Part shown: piece by piece, positions 27,029 through 36,833 of the stretch | Position numbering within the stretch: position 1 is the stretch's first letter | How the letters are laid out: every line of letters begins with the position of its first letter | Assembly: GCA_963732385.1 (NCBI GenBank) | Contig: CAVSZB010000007.1 | Coordinates: forward strand, 960,001 to 1,024,000 | DNA length: 64,000 bases | Direction: 5' to 3' | Source: an uncultured bacterium | Lineage (GTDB): Bacteria; Krumholzibacteriota; Krumholzibacteriia; LZORAL124-64-63 | Program-made: the position numbers and the translations under genes | The notes under the pieces: generated by a model | Databases searched by the model: none | The model's input: only the letters and a program-made list of their open reading frames with translations | Told to the model about the DNA's origin: nothing

Positions 27029-27576
27029 TTCGACTGCACCTCCCCGACCACGACCTCCTGCTTCCCGTCGAAGTCGAGCACCTTGACCTTGATGACTTCG
27101 CGCCCGGCGGTGGGGACATTCTTGCCCACGAAATCGGGGCGGATCGGCAACTCGCGGTGGCCGCGGTCCACCAGGACCGCGAGGCGGATGGCGCGCGGCC
27201 GTCCCCAGTCCATGATCTCGTCGAGGGCTGCGCGCACCGTGCGGCCAGTGTAGAGCACGTCGTCGACCAGGATGACGATCTTGTCCGAGACGTCGAACGG
27301 CACCTCCGTGTGCGCCACCCGCGGGGCCGGCCCCAGGGTCGAGAGGTCGTCGCGGTAGAACGTGATGTCGAGGGCGCCGATCGGCAGCTTGACCCCCTCC
27401 ACCTTGGCGATGACGTCGGCGACCTGCCGCGCCAGCGGCACCCCCCGTCGCTGGATGCCGAGGAAGACAAGCTGGTCCGTCCCCTTGTTGGCCTCGATGA
27501 TTTCATGCGCGATCCGCGTGATCGCCCGCTGCATTTCGCTGCCGTCCATGATGACGGCCTTTTCCACGAAGGTCAT
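27025..27576 (-). CDS. pyrR: Pyrimidine operon attenuation protein / uracil PRTase
   Basis: RIAHEIIE, LDITFYRDD, VDDVLYTGRT, DRGHRELPI. Confidence 0.96.
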   Translation of the reverse strand: MTFVEKAVIMDGSEMQRAITRIAHEIIEANKGTDQLVFLGIQRRGVPLARQVADVIAKVEGVKLPIGALDITFYRDDLSTLGPAPRVAHTEVPFDVSDKIVILVDDVLYTGRTVRAALDEIMDWGRPRAIRLAVLVDRGHRELPIRPDFVGKNVPTAGREVIKVKVLDFDGKQEVVVGEVQSK

Positions 27577-27612
27577 GACGCCGCCTCTGCGCTGTGGCCG
27601 CCGCCGGGCAAC

Positions 27613-27694
27613 AAAAAAGGCATGGGCCTGCCATGCCTGAGCCTTGCGTCGACCGTCCCTCCCCTTTTGGGCCTCGCGGGGCCTCATTAAAAGG
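27613..27694 (-). promoter_or_regulatory. PyrR-binding RNA loop plus attenuator terminator in the pyr leader
   Basis: Minus strand CCUUUUAAUGAGGCCCCGCGAGGCCCAAAAGG (27694-27663) resembles the PyrR-site pattern CUUUAA...AGUCCnGnGAGGYU; followed by GGCAUGG-CAGGC-CCAUGCC-UUUUUU (27637-27613). Confidence 0.85.
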
Positions 27695-27718
27695 AATGCC
27701 GGGTTCCGGACCGGGGGC

Positions 27719-27747
27719 AAGATAGCAGGCGGCAGGATAGCGGGCAA
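27719..27747 (-). promoter_or_regulatory. Sigma70-type promoter of the pyr operon
   Basis: TTGCCC-N17-TATCTT with extended TG, just upstream of the PyrR site. Confidence 0.6.
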
Positions 27748-27781
27748 GGGGGAGATTCCCGGGACAGTACGTTCGTCCCGG

Positions 27782-29128
27782 TCAGGCGCGGGCCTGAAGA
27801 CCTGCCGGGCCGAGCTCGAAGATGGAGCAACCGCAGGCGGCCAGGAACGCGGCGTCGTGCGAGGCGACGACAACCACCGCGTCCGCCGGCGCCGCCCGCA
27901 GCATGCGCGCCACACCGCGGGCTCCCCCTCGATCCAGACCGGCGGTCGGCTCATCGAACAGCAGCAACGGCCGACCGCTGAGCCCGACGAGGGCCACGGC
28001 GAGACGCCGTCGCTCCCCGCTGCTCAGGTCGTGGGGATTGCGCCCGGCCAGCGCCGGCGCCAGGCCGGCGGCCGCCAGCACGCCGTCCACACCGGACGCG
28101 GCGAGCGCCGGATCGAGCGCGATTTCCGCCGCCACGCTCGTCCGCGTGAAGAGATGCTCGGGAAACTGCGGCGCCAGCAGCGCCAGACCGTGTTCGAGAT
28201 CGGGCGCGCCGCGCGCGCAGAGGGCCCGGCCGGCCAGCCGGCAGCACCCCTTGACCGGCGCCCGCAGACCGGCCGCGCACGCCAGCAGGGTGCTCTTGCC
28301 GGCGCCGCTGGCGCCGGTGATGCCGATCCGGTCCCCGGCGCACAGTTGCAGGGAGACGCCGGCGAAACCGCGCGCCCCCTCCGGCCAGCGGCAGGACACG
28401 TTTTCCCAGGCGGCCACAACGGTCGCCACCCCCACCCGGCCGCGTGGAGGCATGCCGGTCGCCTCCGGGTCCGGGAACGGTGGCGCCAGCAGATCCCGCG
28501 CCGGCGCCCGGTCCACCAGGGAAGCCGGAGCGCCGTCGGCCACGATCCGCCCCCCTGCGAGCACTATGAGCCGATCGGCCAGCAGCGCCTCGTCCCGCCG
28601 TTGCGTCGCGAACACGCCCGCCCCGCCGGTGCGGGCGCGCCAGGCGCGCAGCCGCTCCCAGAGCCACCGCGCGTGCGCCTCGTCCTGGAGCGCCGCCGGT
28701 TCGTCGCACAGCAGCAATTCCGGCCCGCCCGCCTCAGCCACCGCGAGCCCGAGGCGCTGCTGCTCGCCGGCCGAAAGCACGCGCGGATCCAGCCCGGCGG
28801 CGCCATCGAGTCCGAACTCCCTCAGCAGCAACGCCGGGTCCAGCCCGGGACGTCCGAGCACGAGTTCCTCGGCAACGGAGGCGCCGACGAGCGGCTCGCC
28901 GGGATCCTGGAACACCAGGCCGCAGCGGGCGCGCAGAGGCGAGCCTTCGCCCGCAAGCCAGCGCAGCAGCGAAGTCTTGCCCGAGCCGTTGGCGCCGGCG
29001 AGCGCGATCCACTCGCCACGCCTGAGGGTCAGGTCGAGATCCCGCAGAAGAGTAACCGGGCCGGCAGCGGTTTCGCGCGTAAGTGACCAGCCGCGCAGCG
29101 CGAGGAGAAGGTCCGGCCGCTCACTCAC
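27782..29128 (-). CDS. Tandem ABC ATPase, ECF-transporter (EcfA-A'/CbiO) type
   Basis: Two Walker A motifs (GANGSGKT, GASGAGKS), FQDP and QFPE Q-loops, LSAGE/LSSGE signatures, DEP Walker B. Confidence 0.82.
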   Translation of the reverse strand: MSERPDLLLALRGWSLTRETAAGPVTLLRDLDLTLRRGEWIALAGANGSGKTSLLRWLAGEGSPLRARCGLVFQDPGEPLVGASVAEELVLGRPGLDPALLLREFGLDGAAGLDPRVLSAGEQQRLGLAVAEAGGPELLLCDEPAALQDEAHARWLWERLRAWRARTGGAGVFATQRRDEALLADRLIVLAGGRIVADGAPASLVDRAPARDLLAPPFPDPEATGMPPRGRVGVATVVAAWENVSCRWPEGARGFAGVSLQLCAGDRIGITGASGAGKSTLLACAAGLRAPVKGCCRLAGRALCARGAPDLEHGLALLAPQFPEHLFTRTSVAAEIALDPALAASGVDGVLAAAGLAPALAGRNPHDLSSGERRRLAVALVGLSGRPLLLFDEPTAGLDRGGARGVARMLRAAPADAVVVVASHDAAFLAACGCSIFELGPAGLQARA

Positions 29129-29825
29129 CCCGCAACTCGCCCAGGGCCCGGCGTGCCTTGTCCGCCCAGCCCGAGGTGGTGTCCAGACGGAGATAGGCCT
29201 CCCACGCGGCGATCGCCTCCGTCCGCCGCCCGGCCTCCTGCAGGCTGAGCGCGAGACTGTACGTTCCTTCGCGATGGCCGGGCACGACCCCCACGAGATT
29301 CCGGAAGACGACGGCGGCCGCCGCGAAACGGGCCTGGTGGAAAAGGCAGTTGCCGTGAGCGAAGAGGAGGTCGGCGTCGCGCGGGCTCGCCCCAGCCAGC
29401 GCGCGCAGCTGCGGCTCCGCACGATCGTACAGGCCGCGTTTCAGCCAGACCAGCGCGAGGTTATAACGCGCCTCCCCGAAGTCGGGTGCGACTGAGAGCG
29501 CATTCGTGAAGGCGGTCTCCGCCTCCTCGAGACGGCCCCGATCGAACGCGGCCACTCCACGGTTGTAGGCGTCGATAGCCGGTCCGCTCCGCGGCACGGG
29601 AGTGATGTTGCCGTCGCGCGCCATTTCCCGCGTCACCGGGGACGGCGCAGACGTTACGATCCGCGGGTCGCGGCGAGCGCAACCGCCGGCAAGCAGCGCC
29701 GCCGCCACGCAGCCGGCCACCAGCCGCCGCGCCAGCGCGCCGTCGCCAACAAGGCGGCTCCCCGACCGGAGTCGGGGAGCCGCGGAGATGCGTCTGAACC
29801 GCCGCACGCGCGCCTCCGTGGCCAC
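29121..29825 (-). CDS. TPR lipoprotein
   Basis: Lipobox LAGGC, TPR repeats (AYNRGV, ARYNLAL, TYSLALSL); start approximate. Confidence 0.72.
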   Translation of the reverse strand: MATEARVRRFRRISAAPRLRSGSRLVGDGALARRLVAGCVAAALLAGGCARRDPRIVTSAPSPVTREMARDGNITPVPRSGPAIDAYNRGVAAFDRGRLEEAETAFTNALSVAPDFGEARYNLALVWLKRGLYDRAEPQLRALAGASPRDADLLFAHGNCLFHQARFAAAAVVFRNLVGVVPGHREGTYSLALSLQEAGRRTEAIAAWEAYLRLDTTSGWADKARRALGELRGE

Positions 29826-29854
29826 GCGCCCGCCCGGGGCGGGCCGCGCCCCCG

Positions 29855-30703
29855 CTACCTGAAGTGGTCGAACAGTTCGTTCAGATCCCGGTAATGACCG
29901 GCGCGCTGTTCGAGATCCACGAGCCGGTCCTGCATGGACGGCCGGCCGGTCTCGTAGAATATCCCGGTCCAAAGAGCCTGGTCGTCGAGCGCGAACCGCA
30001 TCGCCTCGAGACGGTTCGACGTGTCGTGTTCGGGCGGGATCTCCTTCACCAGGTCGTTGAACGTCTTGAAGGTGACATCCTTGTTGAAGGTCACGCAGGG
30101 CGAGAAGATGTGCACCATCGAGAAGCCCTTGTGACGGATCGCCTTCGTGAACAACTCCTTCAACTGCTTCGGCTTGCCCGAGAACCCGCGCGCCACGAAG
30201 GAGGCGTTGTACGCGAGATACATGGCCATCGGGTTGAGCGGCTCCTCGACATAGCCGTACGGGGCGGTCTTGCTGGACATCGGCAACGGTGATGTCGGCG
30301 ACGACTGTCCCTTCGTCAGGCCGTAGATGGAGTTGTCGAGCAGGATGTAGGTCAGGTCGACGTTCTTGCGCGCGACGTGCGCGATGTGGCCTCCGCCGAT
30401 GCCCAATCCGTCGCCATCGCCTCCGACCGCGAAAATGTTCAGGTGGGGGCTGGCCATCTTCATGCCGGCCGCCGTGGGGAGCGCGCGCCCGTGCACGCCG
30501 TGAAACCCGTACGTCTTGCAGAAATACGGGAAGCGGCCCGAGCAGCCGATGCCCGAAACGATGACCGTGTTCTTCGGTTCGATGCCGCACTCCACGAGCG
30601 CCTGATAGAACGGATTGAGCGCGCCGTAGTCTCCGCAGCCGGGACACCAGATCGGCTTGAGATCGGCCTTATAGCTGGCGACGGTCAATTCCGTCGTGCT
30701 CAT
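29855..30703 (-). CDS. korB: 2-oxoacid:ferredoxin oxidoreductase beta subunit
   Basis: WCPGCGD, SGIGCSGR, HGRALP, GGDGDG...DNSIYGLTKGQ TPP motif, SPCVTFN. Confidence 0.93.
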   Translation of the reverse strand: MSTTELTVASYKADLKPIWCPGCGDYGALNPFYQALVECGIEPKNTVIVSGIGCSGRFPYFCKTYGFHGVHGRALPTAAGMKMASPHLNIFAVGGDGDGLGIGGGHIAHVARKNVDLTYILLDNSIYGLTKGQSSPTSPLPMSSKTAPYGYVEEPLNPMAMYLAYNASFVARGFSGKPKQLKELFTKAIRHKGFSMVHIFSPCVTFNKDVTFKTFNDLVKEIPPEHDTSNRLEAMRFALDDQALWTGIFYETGRPSMQDRLVDLEQRAGHYRDLNELFDHFR

Positions 30704-32427
30704 ATCGCCTCCTTGAGGGACGCATAAAGTTCTTCAGACGTGAACGGAATGCCATCGTACTTGTGAATCTCGATCGGATGGATGCCGAACTTCCCCTTCA
30801 GGAAATGGGCGTACTGGCCGGTGAAGTTCTCCTCGGCCACGATGATCTTCTTGAGGGGGCCGAGGAAGCGACGGATACCCCATTCGCGCAGCGGCGAGAG
30901 CACGCGGGGGTGCAGATGCGCGATATGGATGCCGTCTTTGCGGGCCAGCATCTCCACCGCCTCTTGCAGGGCGCCAAACGTGCTGCCCCACCCGATGACC
31001 CCGATCTCGGCACCCTCGGGCATGTGCTCCTCCACCGGCAGCTGCATCACCGCGTCGCCCAGAGTCTTCAGCTTGAGAAAGCGCTTCTCGGTCATTTTCA
31101 TGTGCATCTCGGGGGTATAGTTGGGGTCCCCCTTCTCGTTGTGCTCGAGACCGGTGCCCATATAGATGAGATCGTCCTCGCCCGGCACCGGCATCGGCGA
31201 CACGCCGTTGGGCGTGAAGGCGTAGCGCCGGAAGGTTTCGCTGGTGGCCCCCGGCTCGGGGCGCTTGCGGCGCGCCTGCTCGAATTGAGCCAGGTCGGGA
31301 CGGTCGATGTTATTGGTGCTGTAGGCCAGGCACATGTCGGTCAGCACGATCACCGGCATCTGGTAGCGCTCCGCGATGCGGAAGGCGCGCATCGTCTGGT
31401 AGAAGGCGTCCTCCACCGAGAGCGGCGCGATGATGCAGCGCGGCGACTCGCCGCTGGTGCCGTAGATCGCGAACTTCAGGTCCGACTGCTCGGTCTTGGT
31501 CGGCATGCCGGTGGACGGACCGGCGCGCTGCACGTTGATGATCACGACCGGCGTTTCGGCCATCGCGGCCAGATTGAGCGTCTCGCTCATAAGCGAGAGG
31601 CCGGGACCGGAGGTCGCCGTCATCGCGCGCTTGCCGGTGAAGGAGGCGCCGATCACCGAGGCTAGCGACGCGATCTCGTCCTCCATCTGCACCGCCACGC
31701 CGCCGAACTTCGGCAGCTCCTTGCAGAGCATTTCGAACACCGGCGTGGCCGGCGTGATGGGATAGCCGCCGATGAACTCGCAGCCCGCGGCGATGGCTCC
31801 CAGGGCCACGGCTTCGTTGCCGTTGATCAGGATCTGGTCGCGATCCGGCTGGAGACGGAAGTGCCTCTGCCACTTCTGGAGGTGCTGCGCCGCGTACGCC
31901 AGGCCGGCATCGACCGCGCGGATGTTCTTGACGACGACCTCGTCGCCCTTGCGGGCGAAGAACGCCTTGGTGAGCGTGTGGGCGTAGGAAACCGGCACGT
32001 CGTGCAGGAACATCAGAGCCCCGAGCGCGACCATGTTCTTGCCGCGCGTGTCGCCGGTGCATTCGCGGGAGAGATCCTCCAGCGGCAGATCGGCGCGTTC
32101 GCGCCCGCCCAGGCGGTCATCCGGCTGGCACAGCTTGGGATCGAACAGCAGCACCCCCTCGCCCTTCACGTTCTGCACGTAGGCGTTGTAGGCGTCCTGA
32201 TTGAACGCCAGCAGGACGTCGACCTGCTGCTTGAGCGACAGGGTGGGTCCACTACCGGCCCGGAGCTGGAACATCGCCAATCCGCCGCGGATCTCCGCGG
32301 GGAAGGTCCGATAGGCGTGGATGTTCAGGCCGCCGCGCACGACGGCCCTGGACAGGATTTCGCCCATCGAAATGATGCCGTCTCCACCCTCGCCGCCGAT
32401 CCTGACCACCAGATCGTCGTTGACCAA
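30700..32427 (-). CDS. korA: 2-oxoacid:ferredoxin oxidoreductase alpha subunit (gamma-alpha fusion)
   Basis: GGEGGDG, AEIRGG, YPITP, QMEDE, TSGPG, QRAGPSTGMPT, GWGST; TTG start with GGAGGTG RBS. Confidence 0.93.
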   Translation of the reverse strand: MVNDDLVVRIGGEGGDGIISMGEILSRAVVRGGLNIHAYRTFPAEIRGGLAMFQLRAGSGPTLSLKQQVDVLLAFNQDAYNAYVQNVKGEGVLLFDPKLCQPDDRLGGRERADLPLEDLSRECTGDTRGKNMVALGALMFLHDVPVSYAHTLTKAFFARKGDEVVVKNIRAVDAGLAYAAQHLQKWQRHFRLQPDRDQILINGNEAVALGAIAAGCEFIGGYPITPATPVFEMLCKELPKFGGVAVQMEDEIASLASVIGASFTGKRAMTATSGPGLSLMSETLNLAAMAETPVVIINVQRAGPSTGMPTKTEQSDLKFAIYGTSGESPRCIIAPLSVEDAFYQTMRAFRIAERYQMPVIVLTDMCLAYSTNNIDRPDLAQFEQARRKRPEPGATSETFRRYAFTPNGVSPMPVPGEDDLIYMGTGLEHNEKGDPNYTPEMHMKMTEKRFLKLKTLGDAVMQLPVEEHMPEGAEIGVIGWGSTFGALQEAVEMLARKDGIHIAHLHPRVLSPLREWGIRRFLGPLKKIIVAEENFTGQYAHFLKGKFGIHPIEIHKYDGIPFTSEELYASLKEAI

Positions 32428-32631
32428 CGGGCACCTCCACGGGGAATTCACCATGGTACGGCACGGCATCGCCGCGAAACCGCGCGGACGGCGGATCGTC
32501 CTTTGCCGCGCAGGGAAACTGGCCTATAGATAATGCTCGCCGCGGTTCACGGCAACGGAAAGGTCGCCCCGTGCGGCGCTGTGCGGACCCTGCGGCCCGC
32601 GGGCAACCCTAATCGCAGTGGTGACAATGGC

Positions 32632-33714
32632 ATGAAACTGCCCAGCGTCTGTTTCGTCAACTCCCTGCGGGGCTGGGGCGGGGCCGAGGTGTGGGCTATC
32701 GACACGGCGCTCGGCCTGCGCGAGCGCGGACACGGCGTGAGCATCGTGGCCCAGCCCGGCAGCGCGCTGCTGACGCGGGCCCGCAGCGCCGGTCTCGCAA
32801 CCGAGGCGATTCCGATCCGCTTCGACACCGCCCCCTGGACCCTCGTCCGCCTCTGCCACGCCCTGCATCGACACCGGCCCGACGCCGTCTGGTGCAATCT
32901 GACCAAGGACCTCAAGGCCGCCGGCGTGGCGGCGCGCCTGTGCGGCGTGCCAGTCGTGATCGCCAGCCGCGAAAGCGACTTCCCGCTCAAGAACAAACTG
33001 TACTATCGCTGGTACTTCAACCGGATCGCCACGACCGTGCTGGTCAACTCCGCGGCCACCCGCGCCTCCGTGCTGGCGAATGCCCCCTGGCTCGAGCCGG
33101 CGCGCGTGCACCTGCTCTACAAGGGGATCGACGCTGAGCGTTTCCGCCCGGCGCCTGCCCCCCCCTCTGTGCCGACCGTCGGCTTCGCCGGCCAGTTGAT
33201 CGCGCGCAAGGGGCTCCCCGAGTTGATGGCGGCCTGGGCGCTCGTCGAGGCGGCGCCGTGGCCGGTCCCGCCGCGGCTGCGCCTGGCCGGGGAAGGGGAG
33301 CTGGCCGGAGAATTGCGCCGCTGGCGAGCCGGGCTGCGCCACCCGGACGCGGTCCTGCTGCACGGACTGGTCGAGGACATGCCGGCCTTCTATCGCGACC
33401 TGTCCCTGCTGGTCCTGCCGTCCAGGGCGGAGGGTTTCGGGCTGGCGGCGGCCGAGGCGTCCGCCTGCGGGCTGCCGGTGATCGCCACCACCGCCAGTTC
33501 CCTGCCCGAGGTGATCCTGCACGCAGAAACGGGGCTGCTGGTGCCGCCGCGGGATCCCGCGGCTTTGGCCGCCGCGATCGTGCGTCTGCTCGCCGAGCCG
33601 GCGACGGCGCGCCGCCTGGGGGCGGCCGGCCGGCAGCGCGTGCAGACCCGCTTCTGCCGGAGTCGCGCGCTCGATGACCTGGCCGCCCTGCTTGCCCCGG
33701 AGGCCGCGCCGTGA
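32632..33714 (+). CDS. Glycosyltransferase family 4
   Basis: WGGAE, GID, RKG, PSRAEGFG...EASACGLPV, TGLLV. Confidence 0.9.
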   Translation: MKLPSVCFVNSLRGWGGAEVWAIDTALGLRERGHGVSIVAQPGSALLTRARSAGLATEAIPIRFDTAPWTLVRLCHALHRHRPDAVWCNLTKDLKAAGVAARLCGVPVVIASRESDFPLKNKLYYRWYFNRIATTVLVNSAATRASVLANAPWLEPARVHLLYKGIDAERFRPAPAPPSVPTVGFAGQLIARKGLPELMAAWALVEAAPWPVPPRLRLAGEGELAGELRRWRAGLRHPDAVLLHGLVEDMPAFYRDLSLLVLPSRAEGFGLAAAEASACGLPVIATTASSLPEVILHAETGLLVPPRDPAALAAAIVRLLAEPATARRLGAAGRQRVQTRFCRSRALDDLAALLAPEAAP

Positions 33715-35087
33715 TCCCCGCCGCCGGGTCGCCGCCCGCCCCGCCGGGCCTCTCGCGCCACCCCGCCGCGGCCTGGTGGGGTGTGGCCGCCGCGATCGTC
33801 TTCATCGTCTACGAAACGACGATGCCGTTCGACTTCCACTTCACGGCCGCCCAATGGCGGGCCGGCCTGGCGCGCAGCGCGCTCGATCTTTTCGGCTCCC
33901 GCGGACGCGACCTCTTCGGTTTGGCGGACACGGTGGGCAACCTGCTGTTGTTCGTCCCCCTCGGTTTCTTCCTGGCACTTGCGCCCCTCGCCGCGCGCTT
34001 CCGACAATTCCGGCCGTGGCTGTTGGCCCTGCTGGCCATGGCGCTCAGCGCCGCGGTCGAGACCAGCCAGCTGTTTTCGCCGCGCCGCTACACGCAGACC
34101 TCCGATGTCCTGCTCAACACGGTCGGCGCTGCGGCCGGCCTGGCGCTCGCGCGCGCCGGCGGCCGCGCGCTGTTCGACCGCGCCGTGGATCGGGCGCTCG
34201 ACCGCCTGCGCCATGACCCGCGCACCGTGCTGGCCTTCGGGCTGACCGCCGCCATCCTCGCCGGCGCGCTGCTGCCGCTCGATCTGAGCATCAGTCGCGC
34301 CTCCCTGCTTTCCCATCTGCGGGCGGCCGATCTGAGCCTCTTCGCCCCGAACGAACCGCCCGGCAGCCGCCTGACGACCGGCATCGGCCTGCTGAAAATG
34401 GCGTGGATCTTCTCGTTCTGGGGCGCGGCGACCGCGCTCTGGTTCGCCGGCCGCGCCAGACGCCCGCTCGTGTCGACCCTCCTCGCCGGAGCCGTCCTCG
34501 CCCTGCTGGCCGAGGGACTGCAATTGTTCGTGATCTCGCGCACGCTCGACCCCTTCGATCCTCTGGCGGGCCTGGCAGGGGTATTCGCCGGCGCCGCGCT
34601 GGCGCTGGGCGGGCGGGCGATCGGCCTGGGCGACCGGGCGCTGCTGGGTCTGGCGCTGGCCGGATACGGCTGCTATCTCGCGCTCGACATGATCAGTCCT
34701 CTGGACGCTCCGCTCGTAAGCTCCCTGTTGCAGGGGGAACTCCCCACGGCCCATCCGTTCTGCTTCGATCCCCTCCCGTTCCGGGACGCCGGGGTCCAGC
34801 CACGCATGATGGTCCTGGGCGACTGGGGCGCCCGGCTGCTGCGTTTCGCACCGCTGGGCGCGTTCCTGCGTCTGGTTCCCCGGCGCGCGGCGGCACGCTG
34901 GGGAATCGCCGCCGCAACCGTGGCGGGCGCCCTCGGCCTGGAACTGCTGGAAGGGCGCCTCGGGGCGGGGCGGGGCGACATGACCGACGTTGTCATGGCG
35001 GCCGCCGGACTGGTCGTGGGGTGGTCATTCGCCGCGCGTCTCGCGTCCCGGCTGCGCGACGCGCCGGCGACCGGGGAGGAACCATGA
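33711..35087 (+). CDS. Polytopic membrane protein with repeated VanZ-like domains
   Basis: NLLLFVPLG...ETSQLF.PRR...SDVLLNT.G (VanZ), echoed twice downstream; GTGA/ATGA overlaps with neighbours. Confidence 0.75.
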   Translation: MIPAAGSPPAPPGLSRHPAAAWWGVAAAIVFIVYETTMPFDFHFTAAQWRAGLARSALDLFGSRGRDLFGLADTVGNLLLFVPLGFFLALAPLAARFRQFRPWLLALLAMALSAAVETSQLFSPRRYTQTSDVLLNTVGAAAGLALARAGGRALFDRAVDRALDRLRHDPRTVLAFGLTAAILAGALLPLDLSISRASLLSHLRAADLSLFAPNEPPGSRLTTGIGLLKMAWIFSFWGAATALWFAGRARRPLVSTLLAGAVLALLAEGLQLFVISRTLDPFDPLAGLAGVFAGAALALGGRAIGLGDRALLGLALAGYGCYLALDMISPLDAPLVSSLLQGELPTAHPFCFDPLPFRDAGVQPRMMVLGDWGARLLRFAPLGAFLRLVPRRAAARWGIAAATVAGALGLELLEGRLGAGRGDMTDVVMAAAGLVVGWSFAARLASRLRDAPATGEEP

Positions 35088-35875
35088 GCGCCATCATCGT
35101 GGCCGCGGTGCAGACCGCGCCAGTCTTCGGCGACGTGGCCGGCAACGTCGAACGAGCGCTTGCGCTCGTGCCGAAGGAGTGCGATCTCGCCGTGCTGCCG
35201 GAACTCTGCTCCACCGGCTATCAATTTGTTTCGCGCGCAGAAGCTCGCTCGCTCGCCGAGACAGTGCCCGACGGCCCCGCCTGCGCGCGGCTACGCGCTT
35301 TCGCCGCGTCCCGCGGCACCCACATCGTGGCCGGCCTGGCCGAACGTCACGGCGAGCAGGTCTTCAACAGCGCGGTCCTGTTCCGACCCGACGGCGGCTG
35401 GGGGCTGTATCGCAAGGTCCATCTCTTCTGGGAGGAGAAGACGCTGTTCGATGCCGGGGATCGCGGTTTCCCGGTCTTCGCCGCCGCCGGCGCCACGGTA
35501 GGCCTGATGATCTGCTTCGACTGGATCTATCCCGAGGCCGCGCGCTCACTCACCCTGGCCGGCGCGACCCTGCTTTGCCATCCGTCCAACCTCGTCCTGC
35601 CCCACTGTCCCGACGCGATGATCACCCGCTGCCTCGAAAACCGCGTCTTCGCGGTCACCGCCAACCGCGTGGGCGAGGAATACCGAACCGGCACGCCGCT
35701 GCGCTTCATCGGCCTCAGCCAGATCGTCTCGCCCCAGGGCGAGCGGCTCGTCCGCCTCGAAGCGAACGCAGAGGGGACAGCCGTGGCCTTGCTTGATCCC
35801 GCCACGGCGGACCGCCGCATCACGCCGCTCAACGACCTGCTCGCCGACCGGCGCCCGGAGATGTACCGAAGGTAG
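35084..35875 (+). CDS. Carbon-nitrogen hydrolase (nitrilase/amidase superfamily)
   Basis: LPELCSTGY (Glu), YRKVHLF (Lys), ICFDW (Cys) catalytic triad. Confidence 0.92.
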   Translation: MSAIIVAAVQTAPVFGDVAGNVERALALVPKECDLAVLPELCSTGYQFVSRAEARSLAETVPDGPACARLRAFAASRGTHIVAGLAERHGEQVFNSAVLFRPDGGWGLYRKVHLFWEEKTLFDAGDRGFPVFAAAGATVGLMICFDWIYPEAARSLTLAGATLLCHPSNLVLPHCPDAMITRCLENRVFAVTANRVGEEYRTGTPLRFIGLSQIVSPQGERLVRLEANAEGTAVALLDPATADRRITPLNDLLADRRPEMYRR

Positions 35876-35916
35876 AACAACCGGCCGAAAGAGCGACGGG
35901 CGCTCTCAACGCCGCC

Positions 35917-36192
35917 TCAGCCGCGATCGGCGTTCGCCGCGGAATTACCGCCGGGCGGCGCGCGGAAGCCGCGCGACAGCACGACGGCCAGCAGCGACCA
36001 GACGAACATGACGAGGCCGATCAGCAGCCCCACGCCGATGAATTGAGCAGGCGCCATCGCCCGGCCCATGGCCGACAGATAGTTGTCGGGCACATTGCTC
36101 AGAAAGAGACGGTAGTTGACCAAGCCCAGCAGGGCGCCCAGCACCAGGCTCCCCGCGAGCAGGACGATCAGGCCCACGTTCCTGCGCTGCAT
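35917..36192 (-). CDS. Small two-TM hypothetical membrane protein
   Basis: Two hydrophobic helices, AGGGGG RBS. Confidence 0.6.
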   Translation of the reverse strand: MQRRNVGLIVLLAGSLVLGALLGLVNYRLFLSNVPDNYLSAMGRAMAPAQFIGVGLLIGLVMFVWSLLAVVLSRGFRAPPGGNSAANADRG

Positions 36193-36397
36193 CCCACCCC
36201 CCTTGCCGGCGGCAATTGAGCGATCCGGGCGAATATCCCCACCCGGCTGCGGTGGTCATGATAGCGGAGAAGATCCGTTCCGCAAACCGAGAATCAACTC
36301 CCGGGGAACAGGGGTCAGGCGGCCTGCAGCGCGCGCAGGCGCGGGTCGCCATTGGCGAAATCCGCGCCGCCGCTCCGGGCGGCGCAGCAGGCGGGGC

Positions 36398-36829
36398 TCA
36401 ATGCAGGGAGGGGGAACCGGGACCGGAACCGAGCTCCGGATCGCCGAGATCGGGTTCGGTGCGCTCCGCCTCCCGGAAGGGATCCGCCTCGGGATCGAGC
36501 AGCATGGCGAGTTCCCACAGGTGCAGGAGTCCTTCGAAATCGAGGTGCTCGGCCGCGGCCACCACTTCGTCCTCGATGAGCAGTTCGAGGAAGCCGGTGC
36601 GCTGATCGCGCTCCTTGAGCCGTTCAACGGACGGCAGTTCCTGGCGCCGCTGCTCCTCGCCGGCGCGCGGCCCGGCCAGGAAGTCGAGATAGAGATCCCA
36701 GTCGCCGCGGAAGTAGCGCAGACAGGTCAGACAGAGCCGCTCTTCGCCCTCGGTGAGCAGGTTCAGGGCCGCTTCCGCGGACTCGACGCCGCGGCGATCA
36801 TCGCGCTCGGGTCGCTTCTTGCCGGCCAT
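36398..36829 (-). CDS. Hypothetical acidic helical protein
   Basis: Starts 4 bp after the glgC stop; natural composition, CLTC motif. Confidence 0.6.
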   Translation of the reverse strand: MAGKKRPERDDRRGVESAEAALNLLTEGEERLCLTCLRYFRGDWDLYLDFLAGPRAGEEQRRQELPSVERLKERDQRTGFLELLIEDEVVAAAEHLDFEGLLHLWELAMLLDPEADPFREAERTEPDLGDPELGSGPGSPSLH

Positions 36830-36833
36830 GCAA

